From Gemmatimonadota bacterium (GTDB taxonomy: Bacteria > Gemmatimonadota > Gemmatimonadetes > Gemmatimonadales > GWC2-71-9), in assembly GCA_041498715.1 (NCBI GenBank), contig JBGQIW010000001.1:13554-77553 (forward strand): 64,000 bases of DNA, written 5' to 3'. Position numbers and translations under genes: made by a program. Positions within the stretch are counted from its first letter, which is position 1; every line of letters begins with the position of its first letter. The notes beneath the pieces are model-generated. The model searched no databases and was not told the origin of the DNA. It saw nothing but the letters and a program-made list of their open reading frames with translations. Of this stretch, positions 51,968 through 64,000 are shown one piece after another.

Positions 51968-52744
51968 TCAGGACGAGCCGGCTTCGGCCGGACACGCTTC
52001 CGTCACCCCCGGCGCCTTGGCGTGGAACCGCCGCAAGTAGCCGCAGGTCTCCCGTACGTCTTCCTTATAACCGAGGCGCTGGTACGCGCCGATCAGCCGG
52101 AGCAGCGCGTCGGGCGCGATGGACGCGCGGGGGTAGGTGGCGACGAGGTCCTTGAGGTAGAGTATCGCGGAGTCGTAAGCCTTGAACCGCAGGTAATATA
52201 GCGCCGCCTTGTACTGCTTGATCGCGAATTTCTCCTGCAATGCGGAGACCTTCTTCTGGCCCCGCTCGGCCGCCGGCGTGCCCGGATACCGGCTCAGGAG
52301 CTCGTTGTAGGCCGCGAGCGCCGTCGTGCCGTAGGTCGGGTCCAGCTCGGGTCGCTTCCACAGATCCGCATACGCGTCGCCCACCCGGAGCAGAGCCTCG
52401 GACGCCAGCGGGTCGTTGGGCGACTCATCCGAGACCCGGCGGAACTCCCGGACCGCATCCAGGTTCTCGCTCCGGGCGAACTGTACCTCGCCCAGATAGA
52501 AGTGCGCCTGCGCGACCCGGGGATCGCCGGGCGGAAACTCGGCGATCACCTTCTGGAACAGCTCGGTCGCCTTCTTCCACCTGCCGTGCCGGAACGCGAA
52601 GATGGCTTGGTCCCACTGCCGATCCAGGTCGTCGGGGCTGGTGGATTGCGCCACCGGCGTGGGCGCGAGCGACGGATTGGCCTTCCCGCCGTGCCCGCAT
52701 CCCGCCAACGTGATCGCGACCAGCCACGGCAGCAACCGTCTCAC
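51968..52744 (-). CDS. bamD: Outer-membrane protein assembly factor BamD (YfiO)
   Basis: 258-aa ORF with lipobox LAGC and TPR-like repeats. The BamD pattern is present (AQAHFYLGEVQF, SPNDPLASEALLRVGDAY, FAIKQYKAALYYLRFKAYDSAILYLKDLVATYP). Confidence 0.85.
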   Translation of the reverse strand: MRRLLPWLVAITLAGCGHGGKANPSLAPTPVAQSTSPDDLDRQWDQAIFAFRHGRWKKATELFQKVIAEFPPGDPRVAQAHFYLGEVQFARSENLDAVREFRRVSDESPNDPLASEALLRVGDAYADLWKRPELDPTYGTTALAAYNELLSRYPGTPAAERGQKKVSALQEKFAIKQYKAALYYLRFKAYDSAILYLKDLVATYPRASIAPDALLRLIGAYQRLGYKEDVRETCGYLRRFHAKAPGVTEACPAEAGSS

Positions 52745-53646
52745 GGCATCCCCTTTCGAGCACTGTCTACCGGACCCGCGGCGCCCAACGCCCGCAACCG
52801 GTCCTCCGCGATCCGAGCGAGCGAATCCGCCGGCCCGGCCCGCCGGTCGAGCACGGCCTGGAAGGCGATCGCGGCCGCCAGAATGTCACCCTGTCCCACA
52901 CGCGCGTCGCCCAGACCGATGAGGGCGCGGCGGCCGGTCCACGACGTCGAGTCCACCCGCACCGCCTGGACGAGCCAGTCCGCCGCATCGTCGGCCCGCC
53001 CCGCGCCGAGGGCCGCGAGGCCAAGGCTGAGGGCGCACGTCGCGAGACCGGCGCCGGCGCGCCCCCGCACGCCCGGATCCCGGCTCCGCCGGAGCACAGT
53101 CCGGTACACCGGCGCCGACTGCTCGCAGCCGGCCGAGCTCTGCAGGCTCGCCGCGTAGGCGGAGAGCAGCGAGTCCTGGGTTGCGCCGTCGGGCGCCGCC
53201 GCGAGCGCCGCCGGCAGCAGCGTGACCGCGTCGGTGCCGGCGTTTCCGGGGCGCCGTACCAGGGCCAGCGCGTAGCGCGCGATCGGGCGCTCGGGGGCCA
53301 CGGCCTCGAGTCCGAGCACGGCGTCATGCAGCGCGGTGCCGTCGCCTTGACGATCCGCCGCCCGGGCGACGAGATCGAGCCCCTCGGCCGCCTCGACGCC
53401 ACGCGACGGATCCTCCGCGAGGCGGCGGTAGGCCTCGGCGGCCGCCCGGAGATCGCCCGCGTGAATCGCGGCGGCGCCCAGCTTGGCCCAGACCCGTCCC
53501 GGCGTGTCCCTGGTCGTAGCGGCGCGGTACTGCGTGAGGGCCTCCGTGTATCGCCCGGCGGCGTAGGCACGGTCGCCGGCGAGCTCCGGTCCCGCGCCCG
53601 AACGGCAGGCGACGAGGACGAACAGCAGCGCCGGCCACCGCTTCAC
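52741..53646 (-). CDS. Hypothetical Ala-rich helical-repeat lipoprotein
   Basis: I trimmed the ORF to the GTG at 53646 (GTGA overlap with the upstream stop). It starts (M)KRWPALLFVLVACRSG, with lipobox LVAC. The body is TPR-like (AYAAGRYTEALTQYRAA, AIHAGDLRAAAEAYRRLA). Its stop overlaps the bamD ATG (ATGA). Confidence 0.6.
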   Translation of the reverse strand: MKRWPALLFVLVACRSGAGPELAGDRAYAAGRYTEALTQYRAATTRDTPGRVWAKLGAAAIHAGDLRAAAEAYRRLAEDPSRGVEAAEGLDLVARAADRQGDGTALHDAVLGLEAVAPERPIARYALALVRRPGNAGTDAVTLLPAALAAAPDGATQDSLLSAYAASLQSSAGCEQSAPVYRTVLRRSRDPGVRGRAGAGLATCALSLGLAALGAGRADDAADWLVQAVRVDSTSWTGRRALIGLGDARVGQGDILAAAIAFQAVLDRRAGPADSLARIAEDRLRALGAAGPVDSARKGMP

Positions 53647-54347
53647 CGCGGTACCCGCTCCACCATGGCGAGGTAGGCATCCACCCGGGCATCGTCCGGC
53701 AGTCGTTCTCGGCAGTCCCGCCACACGGCGCGGGCACCGTCGGTGTCGCCCGAGAGATAGCGCGCGAGGCCGAGCGTGGTGCGCGCCTCGTCCAGCTCGG
53801 GACGGACCCGGAGCACGCGCTCCAGCTCCTCGCGGGCCTCGAGGTAGCGTCCCGCGGCGACGAGATGCCGGCCGAGCCGACACCGGAGATCGTGGAAGTC
53901 GGGCCCGAGACTGAGCGCGCGGCGATACTCGAAGACGGCCTCGTGCGGCGCTCCGGCGTCGGAGTACGCCTCGCCCAGCTGTGCGTGCAGGTTTGCGAGC
54001 CGCCCGGCCACGGCCCGCGGAAAGCGCCCTTCGGGACCCTCCGCCTGCACCGCGCGCTCGAACGCCTGCGCGGCGTCCTCGCCCCGCCCCAGCTCGGCGA
54101 GCACGACGCCCCGGTGCGCGAGCGCTTCCACGTACCCCGGGTTGCGCGCCAGGGCCGCGTCGAATGCGACGAGCGCGTCCTCCGGCCGGCCCAGCAAGGC
54201 GAGCGCCACGCCGCGGAGCTGATGGGCGTCGGCGAAGCCGGATTCGGTTTCCAGCAGATCGTCCACGAGGTAGAGCGTGCCGAACCAGTCGCCGGCCGCG
54301 AACCGCTCGCGCGCGCGCGCGAGCAGCTGATCAGCGTTCCTGTGCAT
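53643..54347 (-). CDS. TPR-repeat protein (function unknown)
   Basis: 234 aa from the ATG at 54347 ([21 protein letters not shown]), with several clear TPR units (AHQLRGVALALLGRPEDALVAFDAALARNPGYVEALAHRGVVLAELGRGEDAAQAFERAV). No signal peptide is seen. Confidence 0.7.
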   Translation of the reverse strand: MHRNADQLLARARERFAAGDWFGTLYLVDDLLETESGFADAHQLRGVALALLGRPEDALVAFDAALARNPGYVEALAHRGVVLAELGRGEDAAQAFERAVQAEGPEGRFPRAVAGRLANLHAQLGEAYSDAGAPHEAVFEYRRALSLGPDFHDLRCRLGRHLVAAGRYLEAREELERVLRVRPELDEARTTLGLARYLSGDTDGARAVWRDCRERLPDDARVDAYLAMVERVPR

Positions 54348-55295
54348 AGGCCCCCCGAAACCAGGTGACGAAGCGAGCAATCCCCTCCTCGAGCGACATC
54401 CGGGGATCGTAGTCGAGAACGCGCCGCGACTTCGTGAGATCGGCGAAGGTGCGCTGGACGTCGCCCGCCGGCAACGGCGCCCACTCGATCCGCGGCTCGA
54501 CGCCCATGGCGCTCGCGAGGGCGCTCACGAGCGTCTGGAGCGGCACCGGACGGGCGCCGCCCACATTGAAGATGTCCACCCCGACCGGCGCGGCGGCAGT
54601 CCAGTCCGTCGCCGCGAGGACGCCGCGGACGATATCCGCGAAATAAGTGTAGTCCCGCGCCTGCGAACCGTCGCCGTAGAGGGTGAGCGCCTGTCCCTGA
54701 GTCATCCGGCGGGCGAAGGCATGGATCGCGAGATCGGGCCGCTGCCGCGGCCCGTACACGGTGAAGAACCGGAGCGACGCCGCCTGAAACCCGTGCAGCG
54801 GTGCGAGCGCCTCGAGGAGGAGCTCAGCGGCGCGCTTGGTGGCGGCGTAGGGCGACACCGGCGTCACCGCCGGCGCGTCCTCGTGGAAGGGCGCCGGAGT
54901 CGTGTCGCCGTACACCGACGACGACGATCCGAACACGATTCGCCGGACGCCGGCCCGGTGCGCGGCTTCGAGCACGGCCGCCGTGCCGGTCACGTTGACG
55001 CGGGCGTAGCCCACCGCATCGGCGATCGAGGGACGGACGCCCGCCTTGCCGGCCAGATGGATCAGCACGGTGTCGGGCGAGAGCAGGGGCGCCAGCGCGT
55101 CGGCGTCCAGCATGTCCAGCTCGTGGAAGCGGAAACGGGCCGGCTGCCCGATCTCCCGCAGGTTCCGCTCCTTCATGGCGCGAGGATAGAACGGATCGAA
55201 GTTGTCGATCCCGATCACGTCGTCCCCGCGGGCCACCAACGCATCCACCACGTGGGAGCCGATGAACCCGGCCGCACCCGTGACCAGCACCCGGG

Positions 55296-55299
<4 letters not shown>
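54331..55299 (-). CDS. NAD-dependent epimerase, UDP-glucuronate 4-epimerase-like
   Basis: Only the last 322 codons of the 501-aa track ORF look real, starting at the GTG at 55299 (GTGA overlap). Motifs are [31 protein letters not shown] (YxxxK) and [16 protein letters not shown], which is typical of the UDP-GlcA 4-epimerase subfamily. Confidence 0.72.
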
Positions 55300-56227
<928 letters not shown>

Positions 56228-56231
<4 letters not shown>

Positions 56232-57535
56232 GGCGTGCTCCGCCCGATTCCGTGGTACTCGAAGCCGAGCGCCGCCATACGCCGAGGCTCGTAGAGGTTC
56301 CGGCCGTCGATGACCAGCGGCCGTCGGAGGCACTGCTTCATCCGCTGGAAGTCGGGGTTCCGGTAGACGAGCCACTCGGTCACCACGATCAGCGCGTCGG
56401 CCCCGTCGATCGCGTCGTAGGGATCCTTGGCGTATACGACGGTGTCGCCGAAGACCGCGTGCGCCGTCTCCATGGCCTTCGGGTCGTGCGCCCGCACCGC
56501 CGCCCCCCGCCCGACCAGCGATCGGATCAGCGGGACGGAGGGGCTCTCCCGCATGTCGTCGGTCTCCGCCTTGAAGGCCAGGCCCCAGACCCCGACCCGC
56601 TTGCCGGCGATCTGCTCTCCGAGAAACCGCACGACTTTCTTGAACAGGAGCAGCTTCTGCCGTTCGTTGACCGCCTCGACCGCCTCGAGCAGATCGAAGC
56701 GGATGCCCACCTCGGTGCCCGATCGGACCAGCGCCTTCACGTCCTTGGGAAAGCAGGACCCGCCGTAGCCGGGGCCGGGGAAGAGAAACGCCTGTCCGAT
56801 GCGGCGGTCACTCCCGATGCCCTGGCGCACCATCTTCACGTCGGCGCCGACCTTTTCGCAGAACTCGGCAACCTGGTTCATGAAGGAGATGCGGGTGGCG
56901 AGCATCGCGTTGGCAGCGTATTTCGTGACCTCGGCCGACGCGATGTCCATGAAGACGATCGGGTTCCCGGTCCGGATGAAGGGGGCATAGAGCTCGCCCA
57001 TCGCCTCCCGCGCCTCGTCGGTGTCCACGCCGATGACCACCCGGTCCGGCTTCATGAAGTCGTCGATTGCCGCGCCCTCCTTGAGGAACTCCGGGTTGGA
57101 GCAGACCGAGACCGGGATCCTGGTCTCCGCCTCGATGGCGCCGCGTACCTTGGCCGCGGTTCCCACGGGGACCGTGGACTTGGTGACCACGATCTTGGGT
57201 GAATCCATGTGCTTGCCGATCGCGCGCGCCACCGCGAGCACGTGCTGCAGATCGGCCGAGCCGTCCTCGCCCGGCGGCGTGCCGACCGCGATGAAGATCA
57301 CCCGGGAGCGCTTGACCGCGCCCGCGATGTCGGTGCTGAACGCCAGCCGGCCCTCGGCCTGATTGCGCCCGACCATTTCTTCCAGGCCAGGTTCGTAGAT
57401 TGGGATGTCGTTCCGCTTGAGCCGCTCGATCTTGCCCGCGTCCACGTCGACGCAGACGACGTCGTTCCCGGTCTCGGCCAGGCACGCCCCCGCCACCAGT
57501 CCCACATACCCGCTCCCCACCACAGCCACGTGCAT
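56228..57535 (-). CDS. ugd: UDP-glucose 6-dehydrogenase
   Basis: 435-aa ORF starting [26 protein letters not shown], with the catalytic region [14 protein letters not shown] and [14 protein letters not shown]. Confidence 0.95.
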
Positions 57536-57538
57536 GCG

Positions 57539-58822
57539 TCAGTCTCCCCGAGGCAGCACGTGCCGCGTGTCCACAGCGAGCCGGGCGTGCCGCTTGACCT
57601 GGTGGAAATCGATGGCGGAATGGTCGGTCACCACGATCACGCAGTCGGCCGCCTCGATCGTCGCCGGCGTGAGCGGGACCGAGCGGAACTCGCGCTCGTC
57701 CTCCCGGAACACCGCCACGTGCGGGTCGTGGTAGCTGACCCGGGCTCCTTGCTGCTCCAGCAGCCGGATGATGTCGAGCGCGGGGCTTTCGCGGATGTCC
57801 TCGATGTCCCGCTTGTACGCGACCCCCAGCACCAGGACGTTCGCGCCGCGCACCGCCCGGCCCTGCCCGTTGAGCGCCTCGGCGACCTTCCGGACCCAGA
57901 ACACCGGCATCTCGGTGTTCAGCTCGCCCGCGAGGTCGATGAAGCGGGTCTTGTAGTTGAGGCCGCGCATTTTCCAGGCGAGGTAGTGCGGATCGATCGG
58001 GATGCAGTGGCCGCCCAGGCCGGGCCCGGGCAGAAACTTCATGAAGCCGAACGGCTTGGTCGCGGCGGCCTCGATCACCTCCCACACGTCCACGCCGAGC
58101 TTGTCGCAGACGATCGCCATCTCGTTCACCAGGCCGATGTTCACGCTCCGGAATGTGTTCTCCAGCAGCTTCACCAGCTCCGCCGTCTCCGTGGTCGAGA
58201 CCGGCACCAGGCTGTCGATCGCCGGCTGATAGAGCGCCATCGTCACCCGGCTGCACTCGGGCGTGATCCCGCCGACCACCTTCGGGGTGTTGCGCGTACC
58301 GTAGACCGGATTGCCCGGATCGACTCGCTCCGGACTGAAGGCGAGGAAGAAGTCCACGCCCACCTTGAGGCCCGTGCTCTCGAGCGCGGGCAGCAGGATC
58401 TCGCGAGTGGTCCCGGGGTAGGTCGTGCTCTCCAGCATGATCGCCTGGCCCCGCCGGAGGGTCCGCTTGACCGATTCCGTGGCGGCGACGATGAAGCTCA
58501 CGTCGGGATCCTTGAACTTCGACAGCGGCGTCGGGACGCAGATCGAGATCGCGTCGGGCTCGCTCAGCCGGGTGGCGTCGGTGGTGGCGGTGAACCGGTC
58601 GCGGATCGTGGCGAGCCGCGCGTCGCTCACGTCCTTGACGTGCGACCGCCCGGCGTTGAGGCCCTCGACCACCCGCGGGTTCACATCGTAGCCGAGCACA
58701 CGATAACCGGCTTGCGCCAGCTCCACCGCGAGCGGCAACCCGACGTATCCCAGCCCAACGATGCCGAAGACGACGTCGCGCCGCTGGGCCTTGGCGATCA
58801 GCTCGTCGGCGATCTTGCTCAT
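57539..58822 (-). CDS. UDP-N-acetyl-D-glucosamine 6-dehydrogenase-like nucleotide-sugar dehydrogenase (WbpA/WecC family)
   Basis: I trimmed the ORF to the ATG at 58822 (ATGA overlap). Motifs are FGIVGLGYVGLPLAVELAQAG, PGPGLGGHCIPIDP and GVAYKRDIEDIRESP. The substrate is inferred from the adjacent WbpB/E/D-like genes. Confidence 0.8.
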   Translation of the reverse strand: MSKIADELIAKAQRRDVVFGIVGLGYVGLPLAVELAQAGYRVLGYDVNPRVVEGLNAGRSHVKDVSDARLATIRDRFTATTDATRLSEPDAISICVPTPLSKFKDPDVSFIVAATESVKRTLRRGQAIMLESTTYPGTTREILLPALESTGLKVGVDFFLAFSPERVDPGNPVYGTRNTPKVVGGITPECSRVTMALYQPAIDSLVPVSTTETAELVKLLENTFRSVNIGLVNEMAIVCDKLGVDVWEVIEAAATKPFGFMKFLPGPGLGGHCIPIDPHYLAWKMRGLNYKTRFIDLAGELNTEMPVFWVRKVAEALNGQGRAVRGANVLVLGVAYKRDIEDIRESPALDIIRLLEQQGARVSYHDPHVAVFREDEREFRSVPLTPATIEAADCVIVVTDHSAIDFHQVKRHARLAVDTRHVLPRGD

Positions 58823-59835
58823 GCTGGGTCCTCCAACGTGACGGGAGCCCCTCCGGCCGCGAGGGACCGGCTGGCCGCGTCGAGCACCCGGATCACCCGG
58901 ACCCCGTCGGCGGCGTCGGCCCGGGGCGCGGCCTCGCCCCGCACTACCTGCACGAAATGACTGAGCTGCACCGCGAGTGGCTCGGCGTTCGAGACTCGCG
59001 GGATGAAGATGTCGCCCTCCCGGACCGCCAGGCTCTCGCCCCACGACCGGTACTCCGGCGGGCGATCCACGCCCTTGTCGTAAATGCGGAGCTTCTCCCG
59101 CGGCTGCATGTCGTCGAACACCGCCATCTGGCGGGAGCCCACGAGCGTGAGCCGCCGCTCCTTGTGCGGGTCGAGCCAGGACATCTGCGCGTGGGCCACC
59201 ACCCCGGACGCGAACGTCATCGTCAGGAAGACGACGTCCTCGATCCCCGGCTGCAGATAGGAGTGCCCCTGCGCCGCGACGGTGCGCGGCGCGGCACCGA
59301 GCAGATAGAGGGCGACCGATACGTCATGGGGGCCGAAGCTCCACAGCGCGTTCTCGTCCGGGCGCACCTGGCCCAGGTTGACCCGCTGGGAGTAGAGGTA
59401 GTACAGCTCGCCCAGGGTCCGCTCGGTCACGAGCCGCCGGAGCTGCTCCACGACCGGATGGTATTCGAGGAGATGGCCCGCCAGGACCGGCACCCCCCGG
59501 CGCGCCGACAGCTCGGCCACGCTCTCGGCGTCGGCGACGGTGAGCGCGAAGGGCTTCTCGATCAGCGCGGGCACTCCGGCTTCGATTGCCGCCCGCCCCA
59601 GCTCAGCGTGGGTTCGCGCAGTCGAGGCGATGACGACCGCCTCCACCCTCGCGAGCAGCGCCGGGACCGAATCGGTGACGAAGGTGCCGGGATACTGGCG
59701 CGCGACCCGGTCGCGCACCGCAGGATCGACGTCGCAGACCGCCGCCAGCTCCGTCTCCCCGAGCGCCGCCAGCGTGCGGACGTGATTTTGCCCCCACGCC
59801 CCGGCGCCGATCACGCCGACCTTGAGCCGGCTCAT
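58819..59835 (-). CDS. Gfo/Idh/MocA oxidoreductase (WbpB/WlbA-like 3-dehydrogenase)
   Basis: I trimmed the ORF to the ATG at 59835 (ATGA overlap). It starts MSRLKVGVIGAGAWGQNHVRTL and contains IEKPFALT. The role is inferred from operon context. Confidence 0.7.
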   Translation of the reverse strand: MSRLKVGVIGAGAWGQNHVRTLAALGETELAAVCDVDPAVRDRVARQYPGTFVTDSVPALLARVEAVVIASTARTHAELGRAAIEAGVPALIEKPFALTVADAESVAELSARRGVPVLAGHLLEYHPVVEQLRRLVTERTLGELYYLYSQRVNLGQVRPDENALWSFGPHDVSVALYLLGAAPRTVAAQGHSYLQPGIEDVVFLTMTFASGVVAHAQMSWLDPHKERRLTLVGSRQMAVFDDMQPREKLRIYDKGVDRPPEYRSWGESLAVREGDIFIPRVSNAEPLAVQLSHFVQVVRGEAAPRADAADGVRVIRVLDAASRSLAAGGAPVTLEDPA

Positions 59836-60947
59836 CCGTAGAAGCCCCGGACCGCCTCGATCACCGCGTCCTGCTGGGCGGGTGCGAGCTCCGGATAAAT
59901 CGGGAGCGAGATGACCTGGGCCATCGCGGCCTCGGTGGCCGGCAGACGGCCGCGCTGGTAGCCGAGATGGGCAAAGCACGGCTGAAGGTGGAGGCCGACC
60001 GGATAGTAGACCGCGTGGCCGATGCCCCGGGCCTTGAGGTGGGCCGCCAGCTCGTCGCGCCGCTCGGCCCGGACGGTGTACTGGTGGAAGATGTGCTCGT
60101 TGGGCGGGTCCAGGGGCGGCGGGCAGATCGCGGGATGACCCTCGAACGCCTGGGTGTACCGCGCCGCCCGGGCCCGGCGCGCGGCGCTCCAATCGGCAAG
60201 GTAGCGGAGCTTCACCAGCAGCACCGCCGCCTGCAACGTGTCCAACCGGCTGTTGGTCCCGACTTCATCGTGGTGATACTGCTTGGCGCCACCATGCAGA
60301 CGGAGCTTCCGGAGGCGCTCGGCCAGCGCGTCGTCCTGGGTGAGCATCATGCCGGCGTCGCCCCAGGCGCCGAGATTCTTGCTCGGAAAGAACGAGAGGG
60401 CGCCGACCGTGCCCAGCTCGCCGGCGACGCGCCAGGTCCCGTCGATCGACCGACGGGCGCCGATGGCCTGGGCCGCGTCTTCGATGAGCGCGAGTCGATG
60501 CCGCTGCGCCAGCAACAGCAGCCGCTCCATCGCCGCCATCTGGCCATAGAGGTGGACGGCGACGATGCCCCGGGTCCGGGGGGTGATGGCCGCCTCCACC
60601 GCCGCTGGATCCAGGTTGAACGTGGCCGGGTCGATGTCCACGAACACCGGTGTGCCGCCGGCGTTATGGATGGCCCCGGCGGTGGCGAAGAACGTGAATG
60701 AGGGCGCGATCACCTCGTCGCCCGGTTGCAGCCGGAGGGCCGTGAGGGGCAGGAGCAGCGCATCGGTGCCGCTGGCGCAGGCGACGGCGTGCTTCGTGTG
60801 CGACAGCCGGGCGATCTCGGTCTCGAGCTGCCCGATCTCGGCGCCCATGATGAACTGCTGGCGCTCGATGACGGCCTGAACCGCCGGCAGCACGGCGTCC
60901 TTGATCGTCTGGTACTGGGCGACGAGATCCAGCAGCGGAACGTTCAA
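59832..60947 (-). CDS. DegT/DnrJ/EryC1/StrS aminotransferase (WbpE-like)
   Basis: 371-aa ORF with CASGTDALLL, and SFFPSKNLGAWGDAGM carrying the PLP lysine. Confidence 0.88.
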   Translation of the reverse strand: MNVPLLDLVAQYQTIKDAVLPAVQAVIERQQFIMGAEIGQLETEIARLSHTKHAVACASGTDALLLPLTALRLQPGDEVIAPSFTFFATAGAIHNAGGTPVFVDIDPATFNLDPAAVEAAITPRTRGIVAVHLYGQMAAMERLLLLAQRHRLALIEDAAQAIGARRSIDGTWRVAGELGTVGALSFFPSKNLGAWGDAGMMLTQDDALAERLRKLRLHGGAKQYHHDEVGTNSRLDTLQAAVLLVKLRYLADWSAARRARAARYTQAFEGHPAICPPPLDPPNEHIFHQYTVRAERRDELAAHLKARGIGHAVYYPVGLHLQPCFAHLGYQRGRLPATEAAMAQVISLPIYPELAPAQQDAVIEAVRGFYG

Positions 60948-60992
60948 TGGCCCACCCGAAGAAAGCGATCAAAAGCTCGAAATCCAAACAAC

Positions 60993-61583
60993 TTAGCCCT
61001 GCTTGACCGGGGGGTCAATCTGCCACAGGCTCCCGTCCTTCTCCCGATAACCCGCACCGCAGGCGGGGCACCGCGCCGCCCCGTCCGCCAGCGCCAGCCG
61101 CTCACCACACTGGCACATCCAGCCCGCCCGGCGGGCGGGCACGCCGAGCATCACCGCAAAGGCAGGCACGTCGGCGGTGACGACTGCCCCGGCCCCAATG
61201 AAGGCGTACTCGCCCAGGGTGACCCCGCAGACGATGGTGGCGTTGGCCCCGATGCTGGAGCCGCGTCGGACCAGGGTCGGCTGGTACTCGTGCTTGCGGG
61301 AGACGTGGCTCCGGGGGTTGAGCACGTTGGTGAAGACGCAGCTCGGCCCGCAGAACACGTCGTCCTCGAGGGTCACCCCTTCGTAGATCGAGACGTTGTT
61401 CTGGATCTTGACGTTGTTCCCGATCCGGGTCCCGGGCATCACCACCACGTTCTGGCCCAGGTTGCAGCGCTCGCCGATCACGGCGCCGGGCATGACGTGG
61501 GAGAAGTGCCAGATCTTGGTCCCGGCGCCGATGACGGCACCGGGGTCGATGAAGCTCGAGGGATGCACGAAGTAGTCAGGCAT
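60993..61583 (-). CDS. Hexapeptide-repeat N-acetyltransferase (WbpD-like) with a C-terminal Cys4 ribbon
   Basis: 196-aa ORF with left-handed beta-helix repeats ([56 protein letters not shown]). The tail [22 protein letters not shown] has a CxC...CxxC pattern. Confidence 0.82.
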   Translation of the reverse strand: MPDYFVHPSSFIDPGAVIGAGTKIWHFSHVMPGAVIGERCNLGQNVVVMPGTRIGNNVKIQNNVSIYEGVTLEDDVFCGPSCVFTNVLNPRSHVSRKHEYQPTLVRRGSSIGANATIVCGVTLGEYAFIGAGAVVTADVPAFAVMLGVPARRAGWMCQCGERLALADGAARCPACGAGYREKDGSLWQIDPPVKQG

Positions 61584-61601
61584 AGCAGAGACGGCATGAA
61601 T

Positions 61602-61626
61602 TCACTGTTTACTTCTCACTGTTTAC
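61602..61626. repeat. 11-nt perfect direct repeat TCACTGTTTAC x2 (period 14) spanning the murB stop codon
   Basis: Copies lie at 61602-61612 and 61616-61626, separated by TTC. On the minus strand this reads GTAAACAGTGA gaa GTAAACAGTGA. It sits in a locally AT-rich patch between murB and the wbpD-like gene. Confidence 0.9.
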
Positions 61627-62573
61627 GCTGTTCAAGTAGGTTCCCGTGGCTGAGATCAGTTTGACTTCGGTTTCCAGCCGCACCCCGAGCTTCTCCCCCA
61701 CCACCCGCTGCGCCTCGGCGATCAGCGCCTGCACGTCCGCGGCGGTGGCCTCGCCCGTGTTCACGAAGTAGTTAGCGTGCATGGGCGAGATCTCCGCTCC
61801 GCCGATCCGGAGCCCCTTGAGCCCCGCGGCTTCGATCAGCTGCCCCGCCGTGCGCGGACCGGCCACGCGCTTCCAGCTGGCCCCACCCGGGTTCTGAAAC
61901 ACGCTGCCGCAGCACGGCTGGTTGAACGGGGTCCCCTGCTGCCGCCAACGGAACAGCTCCGCCAGCTCGGCGCTCAGCTTGGCAGGGTCCTCCGGCGCGA
62001 GCGCCACCTGCGCCTCGACCACCACGCGGTGGTCGAGTCCGCTGGTCCGGTAGGCGAAGGGGATTTCGCGCCGTTCGAGCATCCGCAGATCGCCATCGGC
62101 GTCCACGACCGTTACCCGCTCGATCACCTCGGACCACTCGCCGCCGTGGCATCCGGCGTTCATGTAGACCCCGCCGCCCACGGTCCCCGGAACGCCCACG
62201 AACTTGTGGAGGCCGGCGTGACCCGCTTCGGCGGTCCGCCGGGCCGCCAACGGCGCCGGCAGTCCGGCGCCGAGCCGCCAGCGCGTGCCGTCGCGCACCA
62301 GGTGGTCCATGCCCTTGCCGAGCCTGACGACCAGGGCGTCGAGCCCGGCGTCGGGCAGCAGGATGTTGGATCCGAGTCCCAGCGCGAACCAGGGGACGCC
62401 CTCGGCCACAGCGAAGCGGACCGCCGCACCCACATCCTCCGGGGAGACGGCCAGCAGCACGGTGGCCGGCCCGCCGATGCGGTAGGTCGAGTACCGGGCG
62501 AGCGCCTCCCCTTCCCTGACCTCTCCCCGAGCACGGAGCCGAAGCGCCGCGGCGAAGGCGGGATCTCGGGCGC

Positions 62574-62586
<13 letters not shown>
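61609..62586 (-). CDS. murB: UDP-N-acetylenolpyruvoylglucosamine reductase
   Basis: FAD-binding domain with LARYSTYRIGGPA and GLGSNIL, and a C-terminal CGSVFQNP. I prefer the ATG at 62586 (MDRLSARD) over the track start at 62619. Confidence 0.93.

Positions 62587-64000
<1,414 letters not shown>

Overview
The window is visibly very GC-rich (about 70% by eye, not computed). It is a gene-dense chromosomal core region from a diderm bacterium, since BamD, an LptD-like barrel, Tol-Pal and TatA are all present. My taxonomic guess is Gemmatimonadota-like, at low confidence. I call 58 protein-coding genes, 57 of them on the minus strand; only the ppiD-like gene at 20405-22240 is on the plus strand. 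About 18 gene junctions are 4-nt ATGA, GTGA or TTGA stop/start overlaps, so the region reads as a few very long, translationally coupled gene trains. Content is mostly housekeeping: hflX, rarA, cca, alaS, recA-recX, ftsK, accBC, aroQ, tatA, hutH, tolQRAB-pal-cpoB, ssb, tsaBE-rimI, uvrB, relA/spoT, secA, nadD, bamD, murB and carB. I found no rRNA, tRNA, CRISPR array, transposase, integrase or prophage gene, and no gap longer than about 176 nt. I did not find a clear self-contained novel system such as a defence island. The observations most worth a second look are these. (1) A complete PilT-type ATPase is embedded between accB and accC. (2) Two large proteins have a TPR / acidic proline-rich linker / TPR layout. 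(3) An LptD-like barrel is followed by an uncharacterised FN3-like lipoprotein. (4) A seven-gene nucleotide-sugar operon has no glycosyltransferase or flippase and is fused to the murB and bamD gene train. (5) radC carries a single in-frame TAG. (6) A cysteine-containing secreted protein of unknown function follows secA. (7) Several small nucleotide-level repeats and palindromes occur. Most long plus-strand ORFs in the track are antisense artefacts of the high GC content. Many minus-strand ORFs in the track are 5'-overextended, and I trimmed them to starts that abut the upstream stop codon.
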